A stretch of DNA of 42,862 nucleotides from an uncultured Ruminococcus sp. (GCA_902796255.1 CADBOP010000077.1:1-42862), one strand, 5' to 3'; numbered from the stretch's first letter, positions 15,175-24,401 are shown. The notes: generated by a model not told the origin, from the letters alone. Numbers and translations: made by a program.

Positions 15175-17451
15175 TTACTCTGTCAGAGCCCCCTGTTCCG
15201 CAGCATAAACTAAAATATCCGCAGCATCGAGGGCATTCACTTCCCCGTCCGGATGATAATCCCCACGAAGCAGGAAATTTTCATCGGGCAGTTCCGGATT
15301 TTCACCAGACCCGACCTGTGCAGCATAAACTAAAATCTTTGCAGCATCCGCAGCATTGATGACTCTGTTATTATCAGCATCACCGCATAATTCAAAACAG
15401 ATTTCATATACAGTTTCTTTTCTGCCTGCCTGTGACACATGCAGTGTTATCTTACCGGTTTCATCCGGCTCGACAGGTGTCAGCACACCAGAAAAAAGCT
15501 GTTCTTCTTTATAAAAAATTTCTCCGGTAGAAACAGGCATACAAGCCACAGTTTCATCTTTAGCCAGAGGCTTACAGAATGCAGTATACTGCTGTGTGTC
15601 TGTCTTTTCAAATTGCAGATAAGATTTTTCTTTGCCTTTTGCAAGATACAGACTGGAAAGTACAGCTTCCTGCATAGCATATGTTTTTTCACAAATTTCC
15701 TGTTTTTCTCCGTTCACGACAGCACAGGCAGAAATTGTAATTTCTTCTTCCGGCATAAGAATCGGTTCTGTGTAGAGCATTTCTTCGCCGTTATTAATGC
15801 AATAATAAATTTCAGAACTGCCGGAGCTGGAAAGCTGAATTTCTGTTCCGGCCGGAAGTGCCTCTGCATCTTCTGAGAATATGACTGTTCCGGCCTGTTT
15901 GGTCAGAGCCCGAACACAGAGATTGCCCATAATAGAATAATCAGAAAATTCTGAACCGTCTTCGGCAGTATATTCTTCTTTGAGCGGTTCTTCTTCATAG
16001 ACATCATACCATGTACGGCCGTTTGCACTATAAAAGCTTTCGCCTTTATGAAAATTCCTGAAAATCATTTCTTCTGTGAGCATACTGGATTCTGAAGAAA
16101 TCGTACCGTCTGTTTTGATAACTGTGCTTTCTGTATACAGTTCTCCGGCGAGATGCTGACCGGATTTTCCGGATAATTTCACAACAACTGAAAATGTTTC
16201 GCCTGCAAGAAGCTCTACAGGTTCTTCCAAATCTATTGTATGATAACCGGCTTCTGAGACTGTACCGACTGTATAGCCGGATTTTACAGTTCCTGAAGAT
16301 GGATTATTCTCCTGTTTAAGATTTTTATAAATCCGGATAGTATACTGTTCTTCCGGCATAGCAGTACAGAGCATGACAGAGGTCAGATACGTATCTTCTT
16401 CGGCAGTGAATACATTTGCCATATATGCAGAATCGTCAGCTTCTTCTATAGAAAATGCTGACCAGTAGCCATAATCATCATGCTGATAAATTTTGTCATG
16501 TTTCTGGAACGGCTCTGTATGCAGATAATAGAACTCCAGCATAGTCGGGTCATAATAAGAAAGCCAGAAATAGCCACAGTCTCCCCAGTCTGCCCCCCAG
16601 CTGTTTTTCACCAGCCATGCACCGTCCTGTTCCGGTTCTGTCAGAAAATCACCTGCCGGAAAATTGTCATCCCAGCCGATAATAGAAACAGCGTGATAAT
16701 TTCCGCCGGTTTTGGTATTACTGCCGTTATAATAGCAATATTTGTTTTTATTATAATAATTATTTTTATTATAATAGCTCACAGAAACTGCATTGCCCTG
16801 ATAAACTGCCTGCTTGACCGCATCTGCCTGATTCTGAAAATTTTCATCTTCGATATAATAAGAACATAAATTAATATCTGAAACATGATATTCTGTCTGT
16901 GCTTTTATTGCACTCCAGTCCGCATCCGGATTTAATACAGAAAAATCATCAAACGGAAAAAATTTTTCTGATACCGGTGCAGTCCAGCTTGTCAGCATAG
17001 GTGCAACAGTATAATAGCTTCCGCCCTGCTGAAAGACATCGTCCATGTCTGTATTTGGTCTTAAAGGAAAGCCAAATATCGGTGAATAGGTATAATAGGC
17101 AAGCTGCCATTCAGACAGGTCAATATCCGGATTTCTGTCAATCAGCTGATTTTCAATCAGATTGACAGCAGAAAAACTCCAGCACATTCCATACGGGTTC
17201 TGATTTTTTACAGAAGAAACCAGTCCTTTTGTACGCAGGTCATAGGCAGCCGGCAGTGCTTCTGTAATATCTGCTGCAAGCGATTCATTGACAGCCGTCA
17301 GCCGGCCGACAGCAGCAGCATTTTCATATTGTACATAATTTTCAAAATGTCCGGTATGCAGACCGGAAGTTTCGGCAGATACCATAAGCGGACAGATACT
17401 GTTCAGAAGCAAACTGCCCAGCACACAGCCTGCAAACTGCTGTATTTTCAC
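15175..17451 (-). CDS. Secreted papain-like (C1) cysteine peptidase with C-terminal dockerin
   Basis: Signal peptide from the GTG start (VKIQQFAGCVLGSLLLNSICPLMVSA). Catalytic Cys in NQNPYGMCWSFSA, His in NYHAVSIIGWDD, then WLVKNSWG. A CHB_HEX_C-like module follows (EIYYCINNGEE..YTEPI). The dockerin has two F-hand repeats, DADNNRVINAADAAKIL and DYHPDGEVNALDAADIL. Confidence 0.85.
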   Translation of the reverse strand: MKIQQFAGCVLGSLLLNSICPLMVSAETSGLHTGHFENYVQYENAAAVGRLTAVNESLAADITEALPAAYDLRTKGLVSSVKNQNPYGMCWSFSAVNLIENQLIDRNPDIDLSEWQLAYYTYSPIFGFPLRPNTDMDDVFQQGGSYYTVAPMLTSWTAPVSEKFFPFDDFSVLNPDADWSAIKAQTEYHVSDINLCSYYIEDENFQNQADAVKQAVYQGNAVSVSYYNKNNYYNKNKYCYYNGSNTKTGGNYHAVSIIGWDDNFPAGDFLTEPEQDGAWLVKNSWGADWGDCGYFWLSYYDPTMLEFYYLHTEPFQKHDKIYQHDDYGYWSAFSIEEADDSAYMANVFTAEEDTYLTSVMLCTAMPEEQYTIRIYKNLKQENNPSSGTVKSGYTVGTVSEAGYHTIDLEEPVELLAGETFSVVVKLSGKSGQHLAGELYTESTVIKTDGTISSESSMLTEEMIFRNFHKGESFYSANGRTWYDVYEEEPLKEEYTAEDGSEFSDYSIMGNLCVRALTKQAGTVIFSEDAEALPAGTEIQLSSSGSSEIYYCINNGEEMLYTEPILMPEEEITISACAVVNGEKQEICEKTYAMQEAVLSSLYLAKGKEKSYLQFEKTDTQQYTAFCKPLAKDETVACMPVSTGEIFYKEEQLFSGVLTPVEPDETGKITLHVSQAGRKETVYEICFELCGDADNNRVINAADAAKILVYAAQVGSGENPELPDENFLLRGDYHPDGEVNALDAADILVYAAEQGALTE

Positions 17452-17452
17452 A

Positions 17453-18343
17453 TTATCCCTCCTGTGATAATTCCAGTATCCGGAAAGCCTGTCCGACCGT
17501 TTCACAAGCCTGTACAAAAGCGAAATCTGTTTTCAGTGCTTCAGCACAGGCTTCTGCTGTTTCAGAATTTTTGAATATCCCGAACACTGCCGCACCGCTT
17601 CCGGTCATAACAGCACATTCTGCCCCATAGTCCAGCAATACTTTTTTTGCTCTGACAACATCCTGACAGTCTGTAACATCTTCAAATAAATTACTGCAAT
17701 TCTGATATAATAAATTCAAATCCTGATGCTGGACAGCGTACAGCATCGCCCGTGTATCAGGATGAACAGGAGATTCCAGCGAATCGATAGCTTTATAGGC
17801 AGCCGGAGTCGAAATACTTTCCGTGCCTTTGAGAATTACAAGCGGCAGAGCCGGCAAAGTTTCCAGAGGTGTTAGAATTTCCCCGATTCCCTGTGTCCTT
17901 GCCGTACCGCCAAGCAGCAGAAACGGCACATCTGCACCAAGTGTCAGGCCGATTTTTCTTAATTCCTGATTAGAATATTTTTCTCCTGTCAGAAGATTCA
18001 GTGCATATAATACACCTGCTGCATCTGCACTGCCGCCGCCCATCCCTGCACCGGAGGGAATCTGTTTTTCCAGCCGGATATTAATTTCTGCATTCAGACC
18101 GGATATTTCAGAAAAAGCCTGTGCTGCCCTGTAAGCAAGATTTTTTTCATCACAGGGAACGGAAGCAATATTGCATTCGAGAGTGATGCCCTTTCCGTCT
18201 GCAACTGCAATTTCTAATTTATCATATACAGAAACCGTCTGAAAAATGCTGTCGAGTGTGTGATAGCCATCTGGCCGTTTTCCTGTGACATCAAGAGACA
18301 AATTAATTTTTGCTGCACAAAGCAGAGAAATTTTTTTATTCAT
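17453..18343 (-). CDS. ispE: 4-diphosphocytidyl-2-C-methyl-D-erythritol kinase
   Basis: AKINLSLDV N-terminus and the GHMP kinase loop PSGAGMGGGSADAA. The ATG at 18343 has a GGTGGA RBS; an alternative ATG is at 18355. Confidence 0.9.
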   Translation of the reverse strand: MNKKISLLCAAKINLSLDVTGKRPDGYHTLDSIFQTVSVYDKLEIAVADGKGITLECNIASVPCDEKNLAYRAAQAFSEISGLNAEINIRLEKQIPSGAGMGGGSADAAGVLYALNLLTGEKYSNQELRKIGLTLGADVPFLLLGGTARTQGIGEILTPLETLPALPLVILKGTESISTPAAYKAIDSLESPVHPDTRAMLYAVQHQDLNLLYQNCSNLFEDVTDCQDVVRAKKVLLDYGAECAVMTGSGAAVFGIFKNSETAEACAEALKTDFAFVQACETVGQAFRILELSQEG

Positions 18344-19517
18344 GCTTTCCACCATGCTTTTCTAAGAATCTTGTGATTCTGGTAACAGCTTCCATAAGAT
18401 GACGCAGCGAATATGCATAAGAAACTCTGACAAAGCCTTCTCCGCTTTCACCAAAAGCATTTCCGGGAACAACAGCCACTCTTTCTTCTGCAAGGAGTTT
18501 TTCACAGAAGTCCTCACTGGACATGCCAGTATTCTGAATACTGGGGAATACATAGAAAGCCCCCTCCGGAGAAAAGCAAGTCATGCCGATTCTGTTAAAC
18601 GCTTCTACTAAATATCTTCTCCGGATATTATATTCTTTGACCATGCGTTCAACATCGTGTTCGCATTCTTTCAGAGCAGTGATAGCCGCATACTGGCTGA
18701 CTGTCGGCGAACTCATGATAATATACTGATGTATCTTGACAAGCTGTTTGGCAACAGGAGCAGGGGCACACAGATACCCCAGTCTCCAGCCCGTCATGGC
18801 GAAAGCTTTGGAAAAACCGTCTACTACGACAGTTCTTTCTTTCATGCCGTCCAGTTCAGCAATAGAACAATGCTTCTTGCCATAAGTCATGGCCGAATAG
18901 ATTTCATCAGACAGAATCATAATCTGTGTATCCCTGAGAACTTCTGCAATCTGTTCGAGGTCTTCACGGGTCATGATAGCCCCTGTAGGATTATTCGGAA
19001 ACGGCAGAACCAAGAGTTTTGTTTTCTCTGTAATTTTTTCTTTTAATTCCTGAGCGGTTAATTTAAAATGATTTTCCTGTTTCGTAGCAATCGGCACAGG
19101 CACACCGCCGGCCATCTGTACAATAGGTGCATAGCAGACAAAACTTGGCTCAACAATCAGCACTTCATCCCCCGGATTGACCAGACCACGGATAGAAATA
19201 TCAATGGCTTCTGAACCGCCTACCGTGATGACAATTTCATGTTCAGGGTCATATTTCACATGAATTTTCTTTTCCTGATAATTAGCGACTTCTTCACGGA
19301 GCTGAGCAAGTCCGGCATTGGCTGTGTAAACAATTTTTCTGCGTTCCAGAACATCAATGGCTTCTTTGCGGATACTCCAAGGAGTAGAAAAATCCGGTTC
19401 GCCGACACCTAAGCTGATAACATCATCCATAGCAGCAGCCAAATCAAAAAATCTCCGGATACCGGAAGGCTTCATCTCCTGCACAACACGGGATAAAATA
19501 GTTTCATAATTCAGCAC
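18336..19517 (-). CDS. Class I/II pyridoxal-phosphate aminotransferase (AspC-like)
   Basis: 393 aa. PLP-lysine context DGFSKAFAMTGWRLGY and the NPTG motif. Overlaps the upstream Lrp gene by 7 nt. Confidence 0.9.
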   Translation of the reverse strand: MLNYETILSRVVQEMKPSGIRRFFDLAAAMDDVISLGVGEPDFSTPWSIRKEAIDVLERRKIVYTANAGLAQLREEVANYQEKKIHVKYDPEHEIVITVGGSEAIDISIRGLVNPGDEVLIVEPSFVCYAPIVQMAGGVPVPIATKQENHFKLTAQELKEKITEKTKLLVLPFPNNPTGAIMTREDLEQIAEVLRDTQIMILSDEIYSAMTYGKKHCSIAELDGMKERTVVVDGFSKAFAMTGWRLGYLCAPAPVAKQLVKIHQYIIMSSPTVSQYAAITALKECEHDVERMVKEYNIRRRYLVEAFNRIGMTCFSPEGAFYVFPSIQNTGMSSEDFCEKLLAEERVAVVPGNAFGESGEGFVRVSYAYSLRHLMEAVTRITRFLEKHGGKHE

Positions 19518-19993
19518 GGGAAAATCATACTCCTCTCGTCTTTTTCATCTTCTTCGATTAAGATGCCTTTTTCTTTGTATCTCTTGAGTACAAAATGGGT
19601 GGCTGTCGCAAGAACCCCTTCCATAGCAGAGAGCCGCTGAGAAACAAACATAGCCACTTCTTTGAGACTTTCCCCCTTGACAGTCAGGGCTAAATCATAC
19701 ATACCGGACATGAGCGAAACCGTCTCTACTTCATCATACATCATGATAGTTTTAGCAATATCATCAAAACCACAGTCACGTTTAGGAGTAACTCTGAGTT
19801 CAATCAGGGCTTCTACTTCTGTGCTTTTGGCTAATTCCTCATTGATAATGGCCGTATAGCCACGGATAACGCCCTTGGTTTCGAGAGTATGAATTTCATC
19901 AGCAATTTCCTGTTCTGTTTTGCCGAGCATATCGGCCAGCTGAGCATTTGTCAGTCTGGCATTGGTTTTCAGAAGATGTAATAAATCATTCAT
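19511..19993 (-). CDS. Lrp/AsnC family transcriptional regulator
   Basis: HTH segment LKTNARLTNAQLADMLGKTEQEIADEI plus a RAM-like C-terminal half. AGGAGGAA RBS 7 nt before the ATG at 19993. The longer ORF-track start would overlap the PHP gene. Confidence 0.85.
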   Translation of the reverse strand: MNDLLHLLKTNARLTNAQLADMLGKTEQEIADEIHTLETKGVIRGYTAIINEELAKSTEVEALIELRVTPKRDCGFDDIAKTIMMYDEVETVSLMSGMYDLALTVKGESLKEVAMFVSQRLSAMEGVLATATHFVLKRYKEKGILIEEDEKDERSMIFPC

Positions 19994-20009
19994 AAATAAA
20001 TTCCTCCTG

Positions 20010-20855
20010 TTATGATAAATTAATAAAATGCGGCTCATGCCGTAAGAAAAAGCATATTTTTTCAAATCCGCAGGCCTTGGCGAGTTCTGTTCCCTGTGCG
20101 ATGCCGCCGCCTAAATCCTGCGGAGTATGTGCATCAGAACCGAGTGTGAGAATCCTGCCGCCTAAGTCATGATATAATTTCAATAAATCGGCATCCGGAA
20201 AAGGCTTTCCGTATTTCTGCCGATAACCGGAAGTATTCAGCTCAATGCCCTTCTGATTCTGAATCACTGCTTTAAAACATTCAGCAAGCATATCCCGATA
20301 TTTCTGCATATTGATTCTGATACCGGCTTCTCCGGCAATATACCGCAGAGGATAGGTCACATGGCCAAGTACATCAAAACAGTCTTTCCGGCTGATTTCC
20401 AATAAAATCTGAAAATAGGTTTCCAGCAGGCTTTCAGCATCTTCCTGCTGATAATCCAGAAAATAGAAATCCAGCTTATCCGGAAGTTCATGCAGAGAAG
20501 CAATGACAAAATCAAGCCGCTTATCCTGATATAAACTTTCTGCCAGAGAAAAATCTGCATTCGGCTCACCCAGTTCGATACCGCTGATAAAATGCAGTTT
20601 GTCAGACAATAATGCTTTTGCAAGCAGATTCTGCTGCATAGACTGTTCCCATCTGGCAGCATAATCAAAAAAGTCTTCTTCATTTCTGGGCTGTGTCTGA
20701 TAATAGCCCTGCGGATAATACCGGCATAATTCAATATGGTCAGTTACAGCATAGGCCTGCAAGCCAAGTTCCTGTGCTTTCCTGCACATGACAGACAAAG
20801 CTGCACTGCTGTCCGGTGAAATTTCTGTATGTGTATGACAATCGGTCAGAAGCAA
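20010..20855 (-). CDS. PHP-family phosphatase (HisJ-type histidinol-phosphatase-like)
   Basis: N-terminal DCHTHTEISPDS metal-binding motif, with later H and D ligands (DHIE, LGHV, GSDAH). TTG start preceded by GAGGGGG. Confidence 0.8.
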   Translation of the reverse strand: MLLTDCHTHTEISPDSSAALSVMCRKAQELGLQAYAVTDHIELCRYYPQGYYQTQPRNEEDFFDYAARWEQSMQQNLLAKALLSDKLHFISGIELGEPNADFSLAESLYQDKRLDFVIASLHELPDKLDFYFLDYQQEDAESLLETYFQILLEISRKDCFDVLGHVTYPLRYIAGEAGIRINMQKYRDMLAECFKAVIQNQKGIELNTSGYRQKYGKPFPDADLLKLYHDLGGRILTLGSDAHTPQDLGGGIAQGTELAKACGFEKICFFLRHEPHFINLS

Positions 20856-20893
20856 AATATCCCCCTCTTTCTGTGCGGATTCCGCATAGTTAC

Positions 20894-20922
20894 ATTATAG
20901 CATAGAATCCGGATTTTTTCCA
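20894..20922 (-). promoter_or_regulatory. Candidate promoter of the PHP-to-MraY-like gene string
   Basis: Minus strand reads TGcTATAAT (20902..20894) with a weak -35 (TGGAAA, 20922..20917) at 17 nt. Confidence 0.45.
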
Positions 20923-20932
20923 TAGCCTGAAC

Positions 20933-20949
20933 AAAAAAAAATTTTTTTT
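20933..20949. repeat. A9T8 homopolymer palindrome in a divergent promoter region
   Basis: aaaaaaaaa (20933..20941) is directly followed by tttttttt (20942..20949). Confidence 0.9.
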
Positions 20950-20976
20950 CACATTTTTGTACTATCTGCATAAAAT
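20948..20976 (+). promoter_or_regulatory. Candidate promoter of the 116-aa ORF / recD2 unit
   Basis: TTCACA (20948..20953), a 17-nt spacer, then TAAAAT (20971..20976). Confidence 0.35.
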
Positions 20977-21014
20977 AATAAAGAAAACAAAGACTGAAAC
21001 AGGAGGTTTTCCCA

Positions 21015-21365
21015 ATGCTGATAATGATTTTATGCTTTCTGCTTCTGACCGGCGGCTGCCTGACAGCATTTGCATTGGCAGGTAAAGCCATCCCCGTATC
21101 AGAACCCAGACTTCTTCCTTTTGCAGTGCTGCCTGTACCGGACGGTATGCCGGATACAAAAGCTTTTTTAGAATTTTATGCTTCTCAGATTGCATGGATG
21201 GACAGTGATATTCTGACAACTGTAGTGCTGCTTTATCCGGAACAGGACAGCTCTGCAAAACAGCTCTGCACAGAAATCAGCCGGCAGTATGATTTCTTTA
21301 CAGTTGCTTCGCTTTCAGAAGCCCAGCAACTTCTTGCTTACAGACTAAAAAAAGAAATCTTCTGA
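21015..21365 (+). CDS. Hypothetical small protein with N-terminal signal/anchor
   Basis: AGGAGG RBS at 21001..21006. Hydrophobic N-terminus MLIMILCFLLLTGGCLTAFALAG. No recognisable domain. Confidence 0.5.
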   Translation: MLIMILCFLLLTGGCLTAFALAGKAIPVSEPRLLPFAVLPVPDGMPDTKAFLEFYASQIAWMDSDILTTVVLLYPEQDSSAKQLCTEISRQYDFFTVASLSEAQQLLAYRLKKEIF

Positions 21366-21371
21366 AACCTG

Positions 21372-21400
21372 TTGCAATTTTTTCCGGAATGCTGTATAAT
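21372..21400 (+). promoter_or_regulatory. recD2 promoter
   Basis: TTGCAA (21372..21377), a 17-nt spacer, then TATAAT (21395..21400). Confidence 0.5.
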
Positions 21401-21443
21401 AGAATAAGTATATTTTTATGATACAGAAAGGGGTTTGCTGCAT

Positions 21444-23684
21444 ATGGCCGAAACACTGCATATTGAAGGCTCTGTCGAGCATGTTTTATTCCGGAATGAA
21501 TCTAACGGCTATCTGGTGCTGGAATTGAATGCTTCCGGTACACTTGTGACTGTTACGGGGGAAATCGGCGAAGCAGATGAAGGAGAAGTATTGTCTTTAT
21601 GGGGAAATTATACAGTACATCCACGTTACGGAGAGCAGTTTCAGGCAGAGGCCTGTGAACATAAACTGCCCTCTTCTTCTGCCGATATTGAACGCTATCT
21701 CAGTTCCGGTGTGATAAAAGGCATCGGAAAAACACTTGCCTCCAGAATTGTAAAAGCATTCGGTGACAAGACATTGGAGATAATAGAACATGAACCGCAT
21801 CGCCTGATGGAAGTCAAAGGCATGTCCAAAGCAAAATGCAGAGAAATCACAGAAGAAGCCAAACATATCTTTGCATTGAAAAGCACAATTTCTTATTTTG
21901 AAAATTACGGGATTAAAACCAGATATGCTATCAGAGCATTCCGGCTGTGGGGGACAGCCTGTCAGGATACTGTCGAAAAAAATCCTTATCTGCTCTGTCA
22001 GGAGGCTGTCGGTCTGGAGTTCCGCAATGCTGAAAATTATGCACATGACCTGCATATTCCGAAAGATGCCTACTGCCGCATTTCTGCCGGAATGGTGCAT
22101 ATCCTGCGGCATAATGCCACAAACCACGGCCATAGCTGTCTGCCGCTGGACAGGCTGGCAAAAACAGCTGTCGATTTTTTAGAAATCAATGAGTCTCTGT
22201 TTTATGAGTATTATCAGCAGGCACTGGAAGAAGACCTGCTTATAGAATATATGAAAGACCAGAGAGAGTTTGTCTATCTGCCGGAATATTTTTTTGCAGA
22301 GCATTATATTGCTGACAGAATCCAGCTGCTCCGGAAATACCATCCGCCCGAACCTGAACACATGCCCGATTATCAGAAAATGATTGCCGAAGCCGAAACT
22401 GAATCCGGCATACAGTATGCAGAATTACAGAAACAGGCAATTTTATCCGCTATGACAGAAGGCCGGCTGATTCTGACCGGCGGCCCTGGTACAGGCAAAA
22501 CCACTGCACTCAATGCGATTATCTCCTGTTTTCAGAAACTGGATGCCGAGGTAATGATTGCTGCCCCGACCGGACGGGCGGCCAAGCGTATCGCCGATTT
22601 GACAGGCTATCCGGCAAAAACTATCCACAGACTGCTTGAAGTGCAGTTCGATGCCGCAGGCTTGCAGAAATTCGTACATGATGAAAACAATCCGCTTTCC
22701 TGTGATGTTATGATAATTGACGAAATGTCTATGGTGGATGTATTGTTATTTTCCAGTCTGCTGCGGGCACTTCGGGCTGACTGTAAATTAATCCTTGTCG
22801 GCGACTCTGACCAGCTCCCCTCTGTAGGGGCTGGAAATCTGCTGGAACATCTTCTGGAAAGTCAGTGTATGCCGGTTGTGACACTGAAAGAAATTTTCCG
22901 TCAGGCACAGCAAAGCTGTATTATCATGAATGCCCATAAAATCGTAAACGGCCAGCTGCCGGATTTGTCCAGAAAAGACAGTGACTTTTTCTTTTTCTAT
23001 CGTCCGGAATATGAACAGGCCTCCCAGCTTCTCATTGACCTCGTATGCCACAGACTCCCGAAAGCATATGCCTACTCTGCATTAAAAGAAATACAGGTGA
23101 TTTGTCCGTCCAAAATCGGAACACTCGGAACAGTGCAGATTAACAAGGATTTGCAGGCACGGCTGAATCCGCCGGATGCCCAGAAACCACAGGTGAAATC
23201 TTCTGTTTATGAGTTTCGGGCCGGTGACAAGGTCATGCAGACAAAAAATAATTATGATATTACATGGATAAAGGATGATGAAAACGGCAAAGGTATTTTT
23301 AACGGCGATATCGGCATTATTTTATCCATCAACCGCAGACAGGGAGAAGCTGTCATTGATTTTGACGGCCGGAAAACTATTTATCCGCTGACCATGCTCG
23401 AACAGCTTGACCTTGCCTATGCAATTACAGTTCATAAAAGTCAGGGCAGTGAATTTGATGTTGTTATTATGCCTCTGCTTGGCAAGCTTGAAAAACTGAC
23501 ATACCGGAATCTGTTCTATACTGCTGTCACCAGAGCCAAAAAAATGCTGATTCTCATCGGCACACCTGAAAAAGTACGGCAGATGGTGACAAATATCCAG
23601 AAAAATTTTCGATATTCCTGCCTGAAGTACATGCTTACAGAGGAGATGTCTGCCCATGAACCAGCCAGCAAGGAAGATTCTTAA
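21444..23684 (+). CDS. recD2: RecD2-type SF1B ATP-dependent DNA helicase
   Basis: Walker A GGPGTGKTT, Walker B IIDEMSMV, VGDSDQLPSVGAG, and C-terminal AITVHKSQGSEF. HhH-containing N-terminal region. The ATG at 21444 follows an AGAAAGGGG RBS. Confidence 0.9.
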   Translation: MAETLHIEGSVEHVLFRNESNGYLVLELNASGTLVTVTGEIGEADEGEVLSLWGNYTVHPRYGEQFQAEACEHKLPSSSADIERYLSSGVIKGIGKTLASRIVKAFGDKTLEIIEHEPHRLMEVKGMSKAKCREITEEAKHIFALKSTISYFENYGIKTRYAIRAFRLWGTACQDTVEKNPYLLCQEAVGLEFRNAENYAHDLHIPKDAYCRISAGMVHILRHNATNHGHSCLPLDRLAKTAVDFLEINESLFYEYYQQALEEDLLIEYMKDQREFVYLPEYFFAEHYIADRIQLLRKYHPPEPEHMPDYQKMIAEAETESGIQYAELQKQAILSAMTEGRLILTGGPGTGKTTALNAIISCFQKLDAEVMIAAPTGRAAKRIADLTGYPAKTIHRLLEVQFDAAGLQKFVHDENNPLSCDVMIIDEMSMVDVLLFSSLLRALRADCKLILVGDSDQLPSVGAGNLLEHLLESQCMPVVTLKEIFRQAQQSCIIMNAHKIVNGQLPDLSRKDSDFFFFYRPEYEQASQLLIDLVCHRLPKAYAYSALKEIQVICPSKIGTLGTVQINKDLQARLNPPDAQKPQVKSSVYEFRAGDKVMQTKNNYDITWIKDDENGKGIFNGDIGIILSINRRQGEAVIDFDGRKTIYPLTMLEQLDLAYAITVHKSQGSEFDVVIMPLLGKLEKLTYRNLFYTAVTRAKKMLILIGTPEKVRQMVTNIQKNFRYSCLKYMLTEEMSAHEPASKEDS

Positions 23685-24375
23685 TTTCTTTTATCCGAAC
23701 CGCTGCCCGAAATGCGGCGTGTTCCTGTTTCCGGCAGAAACGCTCTGTGAATCCTGTGCTGAAGAAATTCTGCTTGAACAGGATGCCTATTGTCATACCT
23801 GCGGAAAGACAAACTGTATTTGTAAATATAAGTCTCTTGCTTATGACAAAGCCGTTGTCGCCTGCCGGTATGACAGGCAGACCGCACCGGCGGTATATGC
23901 ACTCAAAGAAGCCAAAAATACCAATTTTGCTTATTTTGCTGCCCGAATTCTGGCACAGCGGCTTCTGCACGGGTCTTATTATGAAACAGAAAAAATAAAT
24001 TATATTATGCCCGTGCCGATGCATATTTCCAAACAAAGAAAACGTGGCTATAATCAGGCCGGTGTAATCGCAAAGGAATTATCAGAAATCCTGCAACTGC
24101 CCTATCGTGACGATGTGCTGTATAAATCCAAATCCAGCATTGAACAGCATAAACTTCACTCTGCCGCAGAACGTGAAAAGAATGTCGAAAGCTTTGGCAT
24201 TCATGACATTTCACTTGAAAACTGCCGGATTCTGCTTTGTGATGATGTTCTTACTACAGGCAGCACCATGAACCGCTGTGCAGAACTGCTGAAACAGAAT
24301 CATGCTGTTTTTGTCATAGCCGCAGCCGCTTCTTCCACAACCCCCAGAGAAAAAGAACAAGAGAACAATTTTTAA
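23656..24375 (+). CDS. comFC: ComF family protein (ComFC-like phosphoribosyltransferase fold)
   Basis: N-terminal Cys4 finger (CPKCG ... CESC) and PRT loop ILLCDDVLTTGST. Overlaps the recD2 end by 29 nt. Confidence 0.85.
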   Translation: MNQPARKILNFFYPNRCPKCGVFLFPAETLCESCAEEILLEQDAYCHTCGKTNCICKYKSLAYDKAVVACRYDRQTAPAVYALKEAKNTNFAYFAARILAQRLLHGSYYETEKINYIMPVPMHISKQRKRGYNQAGVIAKELSEILQLPYRDDVLYKSKSSIEQHKLHSAAEREKNVESFGIHDISLENCRILLCDDVLTTGSTMNRCAELLKQNHAVFVIAAAASSTTPREKEQENNF

Positions 24376-24401
24376 CTATTTTATCAGGAGGCAAGCAAAC
24401 T

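Noticed and set aside
17452-17517. Apparent 65-nt overlap between ispE and the protease gene
   Set aside because: This is an artefact of extending to the first ATG. The in-frame GTG at 17451 has a GGAGGG RBS and begins a proper signal peptide.
20357-20734. Same-strand alternative-frame ORFs inside confident genes (also 6824..7180, 37040..37273, 41922..42179, 4164..4400)
   Set aside because: They have no RBS and odd composition, and they are fully nested in genes with clear family motifs. I treat them as chance ORFs.
24376-24401. Possible structured ncRNA downstream of comFC (a raiA-motif-type location)
   Set aside because: The gap to mreB is only 26 nt and is occupied by an AGGAGG RBS. There is no room for an RNA gene.
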